From assembly GCA_023150945.1 (NCBI GenBank), contig JAKLJX010000022.1, positions 28,158-92,157 of the forward strand: DNA of 64,000 nucleotides, in the 5' to 3' direction. The translations under genes were made by a program, and so were the position numbers. The notes under the pieces are model-generated. The model saw only the letters and a program-made list of their open reading frames with translations. It made no database searches and was not told where the DNA came from. Positions 31,146 to 39,936 of this stretch are shown in pieces (within the stretch, counting starts at the first letter, position 1; every line of letters begins with the position of its first letter). This DNA comes from a bacterium (lineage in GTDB: Bacteria > Zhuqueibacterota > Zhuqueibacteria > Zhuqueibacterales > Zhuqueibacteraceae).

Positions 31146-31884
31146 GCCGCTTTTCCAGCTTTTTCCTTACGGGGCGCCCGAGCTGCAGGGGGTCCACAAC
31201 GTGTACCTGTCGTGGGCAGCGAGCGCCGCCATCGTGTTTCATCTTCTGGTGCTGGGATTCTGGTTGAGTGGGCGCCTGCTCAGTGAGGAGCCGGAGGTGC
31301 GCTTGGTGCACTTGCGGGTGATTCGGGATGTGGCCGAGCTCGGTCCGCCGCCTGCCATTGCCAGCGCGGCGCAAGCTCTGGCGATCAAAAGCCCGGTCGC
31401 ACGGCCGTCCGTTGGTGTGCCGGTTCCCGTTCCTGATGCGCTGATCACGCCGGAGGCGACGCTGGCAACTCAGGAGGAGATGTCCCAAATGCAGGCGCCT
31501 TTGACAGCCGGCGAAACCGGCGGGGATTCCATGGTGGTGGCGCCGGGCGCAATCCTTTACGGCGAGTCGGCGGAAGAGCCCGGCATGGATGAGTTCATTC
31601 CGTTCGAGATGCCGCCCATGGTGGTCAAGCGAGTGGAGCCGGTCTATCCTGAGCTGGCGCGCAAAGCCGGCCTGCAGAGCAAGATTGTGGTGAAGGCACT
31701 GGTGGACAAACGCGGGCAGGTCAAAAAAGTCGTACCGATTCAGGGCCACGAGATTTTCCACGAGGCGGCAATCCAGGCGATCATGCAATGGGTGTTCAAA
31801 CCTGCACTGCAGCAAAACGAGCCGGTGGCGGTGTGGGTGGCCGTCCCGCTGAACTTCGTGCTGAAAGAATCTCAGAAAAAGTAG
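31123..31884 (+). CDS. Energy transducer TonB-family protein
   Basis: N-terminal TM containing His (IVFHLLVLG), Pro-rich linker, C-terminal PVYPELARKAG...VDKRGQV...QWVFKPA...VAVPLNFVL. Confidence 0.8.
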   Translation: MILHWKREPLFQLFPYGAPELQGVHNVYLSWAASAAIVFHLLVLGFWLSGRLLSEEPEVRLVHLRVIRDVAELGPPPAIASAAQALAIKSPVARPSVGVPVPVPDALITPEATLATQEEMSQMQAPLTAGETGGDSMVVAPGAILYGESAEEPGMDEFIPFEMPPMVVKRVEPVYPELARKAGLQSKIVVKALVDKRGQVKKVVPIQGHEIFHEAAIQAIMQWVFKPALQQNEPVAVWVAVPLNFVLKESQKK

Positions 31885-32124
31885 CGCCGTTCGCTGCAAG
31901 CTTCCGGTTCGCGCCTGCCAGCCAGGCACTTCCTGCAGAATAAAATCTCAGAAGCGTCCCGCCCACAGAAGTGCCATTCGGTTGGGAAGATCTTTGCATT
32001 TCTTCCGTGGCATTTCCACCTTTGCCGGCGAGGCCGTTGTTTCAGCGCGCCAACTCCCGGTTTTTATTTTGCCCGGAAGCCGGCGCAGGCAGTGGTTGCG
32101 GCGCACCGGTGGTCAGGAGCTGCC

Positions 32125-32400
32125 TCAGTTTTTGTACGGCGCGAGCAGGCAGCCTTGCGCACAGCCGGCCTTGTCGGGCCAGAGTGTACAGCCAATGACC
32201 TTCACGTCGAACCGGCCGATCGCCGAGGCCATTGCCGCCGCTTTGGCGTCAATGTGGATGGTGGCAGCCTTTCCTGTTTCCGGGCAAATGAGCTGCCGCT
32301 GTTTGCGATATCGCTGGAACGTACCCAGCACCACCGGCGTCATAACATACAGCAAGGCGAGCGCGGTGATGGCAACGAGAACCAAGAAGGGATGATCCAT
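32125..32400 (-). CDS. Small membrane-anchored protein with four conserved-looking cysteines
   Basis: SD GGAGG before ATG 32400; one TM helix then CPETG...CTLWP...CAQGC. Confidence 0.65.
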   Translation of the reverse strand: MDHPFLVLVAITALALLYVMTPVVLGTFQRYRKQRQLICPETGKAATIHIDAKAAAMASAIGRFDVKVIGCTLWPDKAGCAQGCLLAPYKN

Positions 32401-32851
32401 GACAGCCTCCCTGAGATTGTCCACTTTCAAACGTGGGCAAATTCTGTGCGCAGGCGCCGCTGCTTGACAATCAAGAAATTAGCCGGGCCGGCTTTCGCAG
32501 ATATGCGACAAATTGAGGAATTATTCGCGAGGTTGGGAATCAATTGCAAGCTTGGTACCCAGGCGGCAAGTTTAAGCATTTGAAAATTAGCCGGCTGACC
32601 CAACCAGCGGACGGGCAGGCGCGGCATAAAAATTGAAACTCATTGGCAATCAAGGAGAAATAGGTTGGCGCCGGGTCCGCCGTCCGCCGGAGACTTCTGC
32701 TCATTGGCCGGGAAATGGTGAGCAAGCGTTTGTCGTTCTCCGGGCTCCCTTTGCACACTCCTCCGCGCCTGCGCCAACCGTGTGCGGATGCACGAGCGAC
32801 GACCTTTCGCATGCGCTGTTCATTGCTGTGAACCATCTCAAGGAGCCTACC

Positions 32852-34138
32852 ATGCCCGAAACCCTCAGCATCATCGACAATCGGACCGGAAAGAAATACG
32901 AAGTCCCGGTTGTACATGGCACCATCAAGGCCATGGACTTGCGGCAGATCAAAGTCTCTGATGACGACTTTGGGTTGATGACCTACGACCCGGCCTTTAT
33001 GAACACCGCCAGTTGCCAAAGCCGCATCACCTACATTGACGGCGACAAGGGCATTTTGCGTTATCGTGGCTATCCCATCGAGCAGCTTGCCGAAAAGAGC
33101 ACGTATCTCGAAGTCGCCTACTTGTTGATTCACGGCGAATTGCCGGCGGCGGAGGCCCGCGAGGCGTGGGCCCGGAACATCACCCACCACACGTTGCTGC
33201 ATGAGAACGCCAAGAAGTTCATGGAAGGATTTCACCATGACGCCCATCCCATGGGAATGGTGATCAGCACGCTGGCGGCTCTCTCCACCTTCTATCCGGA
33301 TGCCAAGAACATTCGCGACGCGGAAGCGCGCATGCTGCAGATCTACCGCTTGATCGGCAAGATGCCGACCATCGCCGGCTTTGCCTATCGCCATCGCCGC
33401 GGCCTGCCTTATGTCTATCCGGACAACGAGCTGAGCTACACCGGCAATTTCCTCAGCATGCTGTTCAGGATGACCGAGCTCAAATACAAGCCCAATCCGA
33501 TCATGGAGCGCGCGCTCGACGTGCTGTTCATCCTGCACGCCGACCATGAGCAGAACTGCAGCGCCAACGTCATGCGCAGCATCGGCAGCTCGCTGGCCGA
33601 TCCCTTCGTGGCCATGGCCGGGGCGGCGGCGGCGCTCTACGGTCCGCTGCACGGCGGCGCCAACGAAGAAGTTTTGCACATGCTGCATGAGATCGGTTCC
33701 AAAGACAAGGTGCCCGATTTCATCAAGCGCGTGAAAGCCGGGGAAGGCCGGTTGATGGGCTTCGGCCATCGCATCTACAAGAACTATGATCCGCGCGCCA
33801 AGATCATCAAGGAGACCGCGGACCAGGTGTTCGAAGTCACCGGCCGCAATCCACTGCTCGACATCGCCATCGAGCTGGAGCGCATTGCGCTGCAAGATGA
33901 CTATTTCGTCAAGCGCAAACTCTATCCCAACGTCGATTTCTATTCCGGGATCATTTATCAGGCGATGGGCTTTCCGACGGATGCCTTCACCGTACTGTTC
34001 GCGATTCCGCGTACCGCCGGCTGGATTGCCCAGTGGCAGGAAATGCTGCTCGATTCCGAGCAAAAGATCGCACGGCCGCGCCAAGTCTACCTGGGCGCCG
34101 ACAAGCGCGACTATGTGCCGAGCGAGAAGCGGGTGTAA
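32852..34138 (+). CDS. gltA: Citrate synthase
   Basis: TYIDGDKGILRYRGYPIEQL, LHADHEQNCS, LHGGANE, GFGHRIYKNYDPRA, YPNVDFYSG; SD AAGGAG before ATG 32852. Confidence 0.96.
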   Translation: MPETLSIIDNRTGKKYEVPVVHGTIKAMDLRQIKVSDDDFGLMTYDPAFMNTASCQSRITYIDGDKGILRYRGYPIEQLAEKSTYLEVAYLLIHGELPAAEAREAWARNITHHTLLHENAKKFMEGFHHDAHPMGMVISTLAALSTFYPDAKNIRDAEARMLQIYRLIGKMPTIAGFAYRHRRGLPYVYPDNELSYTGNFLSMLFRMTELKYKPNPIMERALDVLFILHADHEQNCSANVMRSIGSSLADPFVAMAGAAAALYGPLHGGANEEVLHMLHEIGSKDKVPDFIKRVKAGEGRLMGFGHRIYKNYDPRAKIIKETADQVFEVTGRNPLLDIAIELERIALQDDYFVKRKLYPNVDFYSGIIYQAMGFPTDAFTVLFAIPRTAGWIAQWQEMLLDSEQKIARPRQVYLGADKRDYVPSEKRV

Positions 34139-34215
34139 GCAGTGAACCTGGACGCTGGCTGCCGGTCCCCGCGCCGCCCGGCCACCGGCACCCAGCGCCA
34201 AAAAGGAGTGGACCC

Positions 34216-34575
34216 ATGACACGCGTCATGTTGATTGAGGACGAGGCCAATCTGCGGCGGCTTTATCGGCTCGAACTCGGGCTGGAAGGCTACGACGTTA
34301 TCGATGCCGATTCCGAAGCCGAGGCCCTGAGAAAATTGGGACGGGAAAAGATCGATGCCGTGGTGTTGGACCTCCGCCTGTGGGATCATTGGGGGATTGA
34401 TTTGCTGGACGAGATCCTCGCCCGACAGCGGAACGTACCCATCATCATCAACACGGCCTACGGCCAATGGCGGGATGATTTTCACCTCTGGGGCGCCGAT
34501 GCCTTCGTCACCAAGTCATCGGATTTGACCGAGCTGAAGCAGGCGCTGGCGCAAGCCCTCGGCCGGCACAACTGA
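34216..34575 (+). CDS. Single-domain response regulator (CheY-like receiver)
   Basis: LIEDE acidic pocket, VLDLRL phosphoacceptor Asp, INTAY, VTKS. Confidence 0.88.
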   Translation: MTRVMLIEDEANLRRLYRLELGLEGYDVIDADSEAEALRKLGREKIDAVVLDLRLWDHWGIDLLDEILARQRNVPIIINTAYGQWRDDFHLWGADAFVTKSSDLTELKQALAQALGRHN

Positions 34576-35015
34576 GCCGCCGGGGCTCTCTGCCCGGCGC
34601 GGCGGATTTCATGAACGCGATTTTCTTTTCTCTGCAGACCAATGAGATTGGATCAAACCTTCTGTCGCGGCGATCCGGCGGGATAGCCCAATCATCACGT
34701 GGAGCAAGCCATGTTCCCGCGAGGACTGCCGCAGGCCGAGTTGCCCGCGCGCCTGCCAGCCGATCCTCTTGCCTCGCGCCGAAACGGCCAAAGCTGGTGT
34801 CGCAAGATTTCTCCAACCTCCGCCCAGGCTTTGACCGGTCACAGTGATTTCGCCCGCAATGAAATCACCGCTAGAGCTAGTGCTTTAACCAGCCAAGAAT
34901 TTTCGCGCCTGCCCCAGCCAGTTTGCTTTGTTTCCCATCCTTTCCAATTTCCGCACCCGCATTTATTCTTTTCACCGTCAACCGGCTGTTGTTTCGATTC
35001 GGGAGAACTGCCCTC

Positions 35016-35951
35016 ATGAAAATCTCAGTCATTGGCGCCGGTAATGTCGGCGCCACCATCGCGCTGCTCTTGGCACAAAAACGCCTGGGTGACATTGTGC
35101 TGCTGGATGTGGTGCCGGGCATGCCGGAAGGCAAAGCGCTCGACATGGCGGAAGCCAGTCCGGTGGATCGCTTTGAGAGCAACATCGTGGGGACCAGCCA
35201 AATTCAAGACGTGCTGGACTCCGATCTGGTGGTGATGGCCGCCGGCTTGGCGCGGAAACCCGGCATGACCCGCATGGATTTGCTGGCCCACAATGCCGCC
35301 ATCGTCACCAGCGTCATGCGCCAGGTGGCGGAGCTGGCGCCGCAAGCCCTGATCGTGATGGTCACCAATCCCCTGGACGTCATGTGTTATGCCGCATGGC
35401 AGACCACGGGCTTTGCCAAGCAGCGCATCATGGGCATGGCCGGTGGGTTGGATTCAGCGCGCTTGCGCTATTTCATCGCCACCGCGCTCAACGTTTCCGT
35501 GGAAGATACACAGGCCATGGTTTTGGGCGGCCACGGCGATGCCATGGTACTGCTGCCGCGCTACGCGACCGTTTCCGGCATTCCGCTCGCCCAGTTGCTG
35601 CCGGCCTCGGCAATCGCCAAACTCCTCGAGCGCACGCGCGAGGCGGGCACTGAGATCGTGCAGCTCCTCAAAACCGGCAGCGCCTACTACGCGCCCGCGG
35701 CTGCTGCCGCGCAAATGGCGGAGGCCATCGTGCTCGGCGAACGCCGCCTCTTGCCGGCCTCTGCCTATCTCGAAGGCGAATACGGCCTGCACGGCGTGTT
35801 CATCGGCGTGCCGGTCATCATCGGCAGCAACGGTGTTGAGAAGATCGTCGAGATCGAATTGAGCGCGGAGGAACGCGAGGCGCTGCGCCTCTCGGCGCTG
35901 GAGGTGGCGGAGGGAATTCGAGAATGGCAAAAACTCGCCCCGCCGGATTGA
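35016..35951 (+). CDS. mdh: Malate dehydrogenase (LDH-like type)
   Basis: VIGAGNVG, AGLARKPGMTRMDL, VTNPLD, LDSARLR, VLGGHGD, GSAYYAPA. Confidence 0.93.
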   Translation: MKISVIGAGNVGATIALLLAQKRLGDIVLLDVVPGMPEGKALDMAEASPVDRFESNIVGTSQIQDVLDSDLVVMAAGLARKPGMTRMDLLAHNAAIVTSVMRQVAELAPQALIVMVTNPLDVMCYAAWQTTGFAKQRIMGMAGGLDSARLRYFIATALNVSVEDTQAMVLGGHGDAMVLLPRYATVSGIPLAQLLPASAIAKLLERTREAGTEIVQLLKTGSAYYAPAAAAAQMAEAIVLGERRLLPASAYLEGEYGLHGVFIGVPVIIGSNGVEKIVEIELSAEEREALRLSALEVAEGIREWQKLAPPD

Positions 35952-36059
35952 ACCGGCGGAAGAATTGCACTTGGCCGGCGTCGCGCAGGCACGCGACCGG
36001 AGCGCAGCGTCTTCGCGATCATGCTGCCCCGGCGCGCCGGCCGCAACCTGAAACGGAGC

Positions 36060-36365
36060 ATGCCTATGCCTGAACGATTGCTGAGAGAAGAAGAACAATT
36101 CGTGCGCGATCTGCTTTCCTGGGACGCGCAGCGCCGGCCCGTGGAATGGGCGCTTTCCAATCTGGCGTTGATCTTTGGCGGCATTCTGATGGTGTCGACT
36201 TTCATCTTCACCCTGCGGCACCTCACCGACAGTTGGATTCTGCTGGCCACTGTGCCCGGACTTTTGCTGGGACTCCTGCTGGTCGGATTCTACGTGCTGC
36301 TCGGCCGCCGCGTCAAGGAACGCCATCGCCTGGCCGGCATCTTGCGGAAGCTGGTGGCGGAGTGA
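36060..36365 (+). CDS. Small hypothetical membrane protein with two TM segments
   Basis: Two hydrophobic helices followed by a basic tail. Confidence 0.55.
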   Translation: MPMPERLLREEEQFVRDLLSWDAQRRPVEWALSNLALIFGGILMVSTFIFTLRHLTDSWILLATVPGLLLGLLLVGFYVLLGRRVKERHRLAGILRKLVAE

Positions 36366-36767
36366 GGAGGCGGCACATCGTGCGAGCGGGGGGCGATGTA
36401 CTTTTGCGGTAATCAATAAGCGCGTCCGGCGGCCGCGCCTTGGCGCAGCCGGTGCGAATGACGCGTGGCCCCAACTTCCTGCTCAATTGGCGAAGTGGTG
36501 GCCGGTTTGGCAAACGATCAAACAGAGACAAAACATTGCCGGGAGGATTTTTCTACTGTGACTCGATAGTTTTGGCTCATTGAGCGCGCCCCCGCAACGC
36601 TGATTGCAGCCGAAAAGGGAGTCCTGTCGGACTCCGCTCACAGCGGGCGCGGGCAGAATGTATCCTCTCCGTTTGATTCTGTCTGCGCAGGTGGGAGGGG
36701 GAGGAGTCTCATCAAATGGTTGTCGTGATCTGCAAGTTCAATGATGGAGTGCGAAATGAATGGTGAC

Positions 36768-39758
36768 ATGAGACGTTTGGGCTTGGGCGCTGCGCTGCTG
36801 CTTTTGGGATTGCTGCTGGCGCCGAGCCTGTGGGCTGGGGACGGCAATAACAACTTTCGCCTGGCGGTAACCGACGCGCCCGATGACAGCGCCGATTCCA
36901 ATGCCAGAGACATCGTATCCGGTTGCGATTTGGATCAAGACGGCAGGTATGAAATTATCATCACCGATTACAGCTACGGTGGCCGGGCACACGTTTATGA
37001 AATCGTGGGCAACGACGCGCTCGCCTGGGTGTGGTCCTCTCCCGGTACCGACTCGCCTGAGTGGGCGCCCGCCCGTGCCGTACAAGTGGCGGACTTGGAT
37101 GCCGATGGCCGCGGGGAAATCCTGCTTTCGATCTGCCAGAATGGCGCCGCCCCTGGAACTGCCGGAATTCATGTGTTCGAATGGGACGGCGTGACCGACA
37201 ATGGCTATGGGGCCACGCCGATTGCCGTTATTCCCATTGATGCCACCCTGACCGGCGGTTTCACTGAAGATTTCGCGGTTGCTGATCTCGATGGTGATCT
37301 GCGCCCTGAGATTCTTTACCTCAACCGCGGCAGCTTCGAGCAAAACCGCTGCTATGTGCTCTCGATTACGGGATCATTTGAAAGTTCCTGGTCAGTGAAT
37401 GCAGAAGCCGTCTATCGTCAGGAAGCCGGAGATCTCAATGGCTCTCCCTGGGATGTCGCCGTGGCTGACTTGGATGGCGACGGTTTCAAAGAAGCCATCT
37501 ATTCGTTACGCGACGGCGGCGGGGGAATGTTCATCGTGGAAGCAACGGGGCCTGACAGCTACGTTCCCGCAATCACGTTGCACCTCGATCCCTACGCCAA
37601 TGGCTACAGCCTGGAAGGTATGGCCGCGGCTGACGTGAACAGCGACGGCAAAGATGAGCTTTATGTCGCCCTCCAACGAACCGGCAACGTCGCTTCCAGC
37701 GGCCCTCTGATCCTCGTCAGCAGCGGCGACGACGAAGTTGCGGCCATGACGTTTGCAGATAATGTCCGCTATCTTCGCGACGACGGTGCCGGCTGCTACG
37801 GCCTGGCCATCGGCGACCAGGATCACGGCGCCGGCAGCGACGGTCCGGATATCTATCTCACCTCCTTTGGCAGCGAGGGCGTGGGTGGTTTCATTCAGGA
37901 TTTCGAGATCGTCGGCAGCGATCTCCTCGCTCCCGCCAGTTACGTTGAGCATGTGATCTTTCAAGACCTGGCCTCTGCCTGGCCCGGCGGCTTCTTCCAA
38001 ATCGACATTCCTGGTGTCGATCTGGATGGTGACGGCCGGCGGGAAGTGGTGGTGAGCTACACTGGCGAAACTGCCACCGGCGTTTACTTTCGCATTCTCG
38101 AATTCGACCCCAATGATCCGGCGCTGACACTGGTGACGCCCAACGGCGGCGAATCCTGGACGGAAGGCACCAGCGAAACCATCGTGTGGAGCTCGGGGAA
38201 TTTCATCGGCGGCGTGGATCTGGATTACACTACCGATGGTGGCATCACCTGGAAGTCGATCGTCAAGTACTTCCCCAATCATGGCAGTTACGATTGGTCC
38301 GTGCCGTTCGACCCCGCCGATCAGGTGTTGGTGCGAATCGCTGCCGCAGGCAGCGGCGCACCCTTTGACCTCAGTGATGATTACTTCACCATCGCCGTTT
38401 GTGTGAACCAGTCCCCGATCGCCGCGGCGGGCGCAGATCAAACCCTGGCAGCCACTTCACCTGCCGGCGCTGCTGTGACTTTGGATGGTTCTGGCTCCAC
38501 CGATCCTGATCATGATCCCCTTACCTACACTTGGTACGAAAACGGCGAGGTCATTGCCGGACCAACTTCGGAGGCAACCTCACAAATCTCCCTCGCCCTC
38601 GGGGTTCACGATCTCGAGCTGACAGTCGATGATGACAAAGGCGGCGCCGATACCGATCAAGTCACCATCACCGTGGAAGAGGGCCTGGAGATGTTTGCGC
38701 TCTACGCCAACAAATTCGTGGAGATACGCGAGTGTGACGGCTCGGAAGGATGGGCCGGCTCCAACGGAAAACTCACCGTGCTGACCGGCACGCCGAGCAC
38801 GATGGCGATTGATCTGCGTGCCCTCGGTGATATTACCATCTATCGTGACAATACCATTGCCGGTGACGTCATCTCCAATGCCAGTATTCATCTCAACCCC
38901 CGCTCCACGGTGACCGGTGCAACCATTGAGCACGCGGCGCGGTTGCCGCTGCCGCTGCCAGATCCTGTTTTCACCGCCGGCGGCAACAATGTTGTGGTGG
39001 CGAAGAAAGGCTCTCGCAGCCTTACGCCCGGCTCTTATGGCAATGTCACGGTGGGGAAATCCGGCAAGCTCTATTTGCGCGCGGGTGAGTACTACTGGAC
39101 TTCGTTACGGCTGGGGCAAAGCAGTGAAATCCTGATGGATTTGAGCGAGGGATCGCTGCAGGTCAACATCGTTGGCAGCCTGACCACCGGTGATGATGCC
39201 GTGATTGCGATTGCGCCGGCCGGCTCCAGCACGACCCGCGCGGTATTGTTTACCGTGCTGGACGACGGCGTGGTAAGCCTCGGCAATGCCGTGACGTTCA
39301 TGGGAACGTTGCTGGCACCGCAGGCGCACGTGAAGACCTCGAGTGAATTGCGGATGCAGGGCGCGATTTACGCTGATTCGATCACGGGACTCAAGCGGGC
39401 GGTTTTTCTGCATCATTCCTCCATGCAGCAATTGCCGAAGCCGGCTGGAGTGATGGACGAGAAGACTGCAGCTTGGCCACAGGAGTTTGCTCTGTTGCCG
39501 AATTTTCCCAATCCCTTTAACCCGGAGACTGAAATTCGTTTCGCGCTGCCGGAGGCCGGCAGCGTCGTGCTGAAGATCTTCAACACCCTCGGCGAGGAAA
39601 TTCGCATACTGGTGGATGCACGCTTCGAGGCCGGATATCATCGCGTGCGCTGGGATGGCCGGGATCGCAATGGCAAGTCTGCCGCCAGCGGCGTCTATTT
39701 CTGTCAACTCCGCGCCGGCGGATCCGTGCAGGTGATGAAGATGAGTCTGTTGCGGTGA
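36768..39758 (+). CDS. Secreted protein: FG-GAP-like 7-repeat beta-propeller, Ig/PKD domains, beta-solenoid-like region, CTD
   Basis: Signal peptide; DLDQDG/DLDADG/DLDGDL/DLDGDG/DVNSDG/DQDHG/DLDGDG repeats; TPNGGESW; PIAAAGADQT; [13 protein letters not shown]. Confidence 0.85.
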   Translation: MRRLGLGAALLLLGLLLAPSLWAGDGNNNFRLAVTDAPDDSADSNARDIVSGCDLDQDGRYEIIITDYSYGGRAHVYEIVGNDALAWVWSSPGTDSPEWAPARAVQVADLDADGRGEILLSICQNGAAPGTAGIHVFEWDGVTDNGYGATPIAVIPIDATLTGGFTEDFAVADLDGDLRPEILYLNRGSFEQNRCYVLSITGSFESSWSVNAEAVYRQEAGDLNGSPWDVAVADLDGDGFKEAIYSLRDGGGGMFIVEATGPDSYVPAITLHLDPYANGYSLEGMAAADVNSDGKDELYVALQRTGNVASSGPLILVSSGDDEVAAMTFADNVRYLRDDGAGCYGLAIGDQDHGAGSDGPDIYLTSFGSEGVGGFIQDFEIVGSDLLAPASYVEHVIFQDLASAWPGGFFQIDIPGVDLDGDGRREVVVSYTGETATGVYFRILEFDPNDPALTLVTPNGGESWTEGTSETIVWSSGNFIGGVDLDYTTDGGITWKSIVKYFPNHGSYDWSVPFDPADQVLVRIAAAGSGAPFDLSDDYFTIAVCVNQSPIAAAGADQTLAATSPAGAAVTLDGSGSTDPDHDPLTYTWYENGEVIAGPTSEATSQISLALGVHDLELTVDDDKGGADTDQVTITVEEGLEMFALYANKFVEIRECDGSEGWAGSNGKLTVLTGTPSTMAIDLRALGDITIYRDNTIAGDVISNASIHLNPRSTVTGATIEHAARLPLPLPDPVFTAGGNNVVVAKKGSRSLTPGSYGNVTVGKSGKLYLRAGEYYWTSLRLGQSSEILMDLSEGSLQVNIVGSLTTGDDAVIAIAPAGSSTTRAVLFTVLDDGVVSLGNAVTFMGTLLAPQAHVKTSSELRMQGAIYADSITGLKRAVFLHHSSMQQLPKPAGVMDEKTAAWPQEFALLPNFPNPFNPETEIRFALPEAGSVVLKIFNTLGEEIRILVDARFEAGYHRVRWDGRDRNGKSAASGVYFCQLRAGGSVQVMKMSLLR
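39531..39598 (+). repeat. 68-nt near-identical direct repeat (copy 1; copy 2 at 42210-42277) inside two CTD-coding regions
   Basis: 67/68 identical by manual alignment. Second shared block 39726-39761 vs 42405-42440 (34/36) runs past the stop codon. Confidence 0.9.
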
Positions 39759-39936
39759 ACCCCGGATCAATCTGAATCTGAATGTTGCTCGCAGCAAAAT
39801 GCCGGGAGCCGAGTGTCGCGCGGATTAGGCTCGGAATCTGTTGACAAAGTTTCCAGTGCGGAGACGGCTTCCGGCATGCAATTCAGATCATGTGGTTGTG
39901 TAATTCTTGTGCCAGGTTTTCTGAAGGAGATGTGGT

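Noticed and set aside
32476-32594. 11-bp direct repeat aaattagccgg upstream of gltA
   Set aside because: Only two copies 108 nt apart with no symmetry; not distinguishable from chance.
36618-36635. ggagtcc-tgtc-ggactcc hairpin as a terminator
   Set aside because: Short stem, with its U-tract only on the minus strand where no gene ends.
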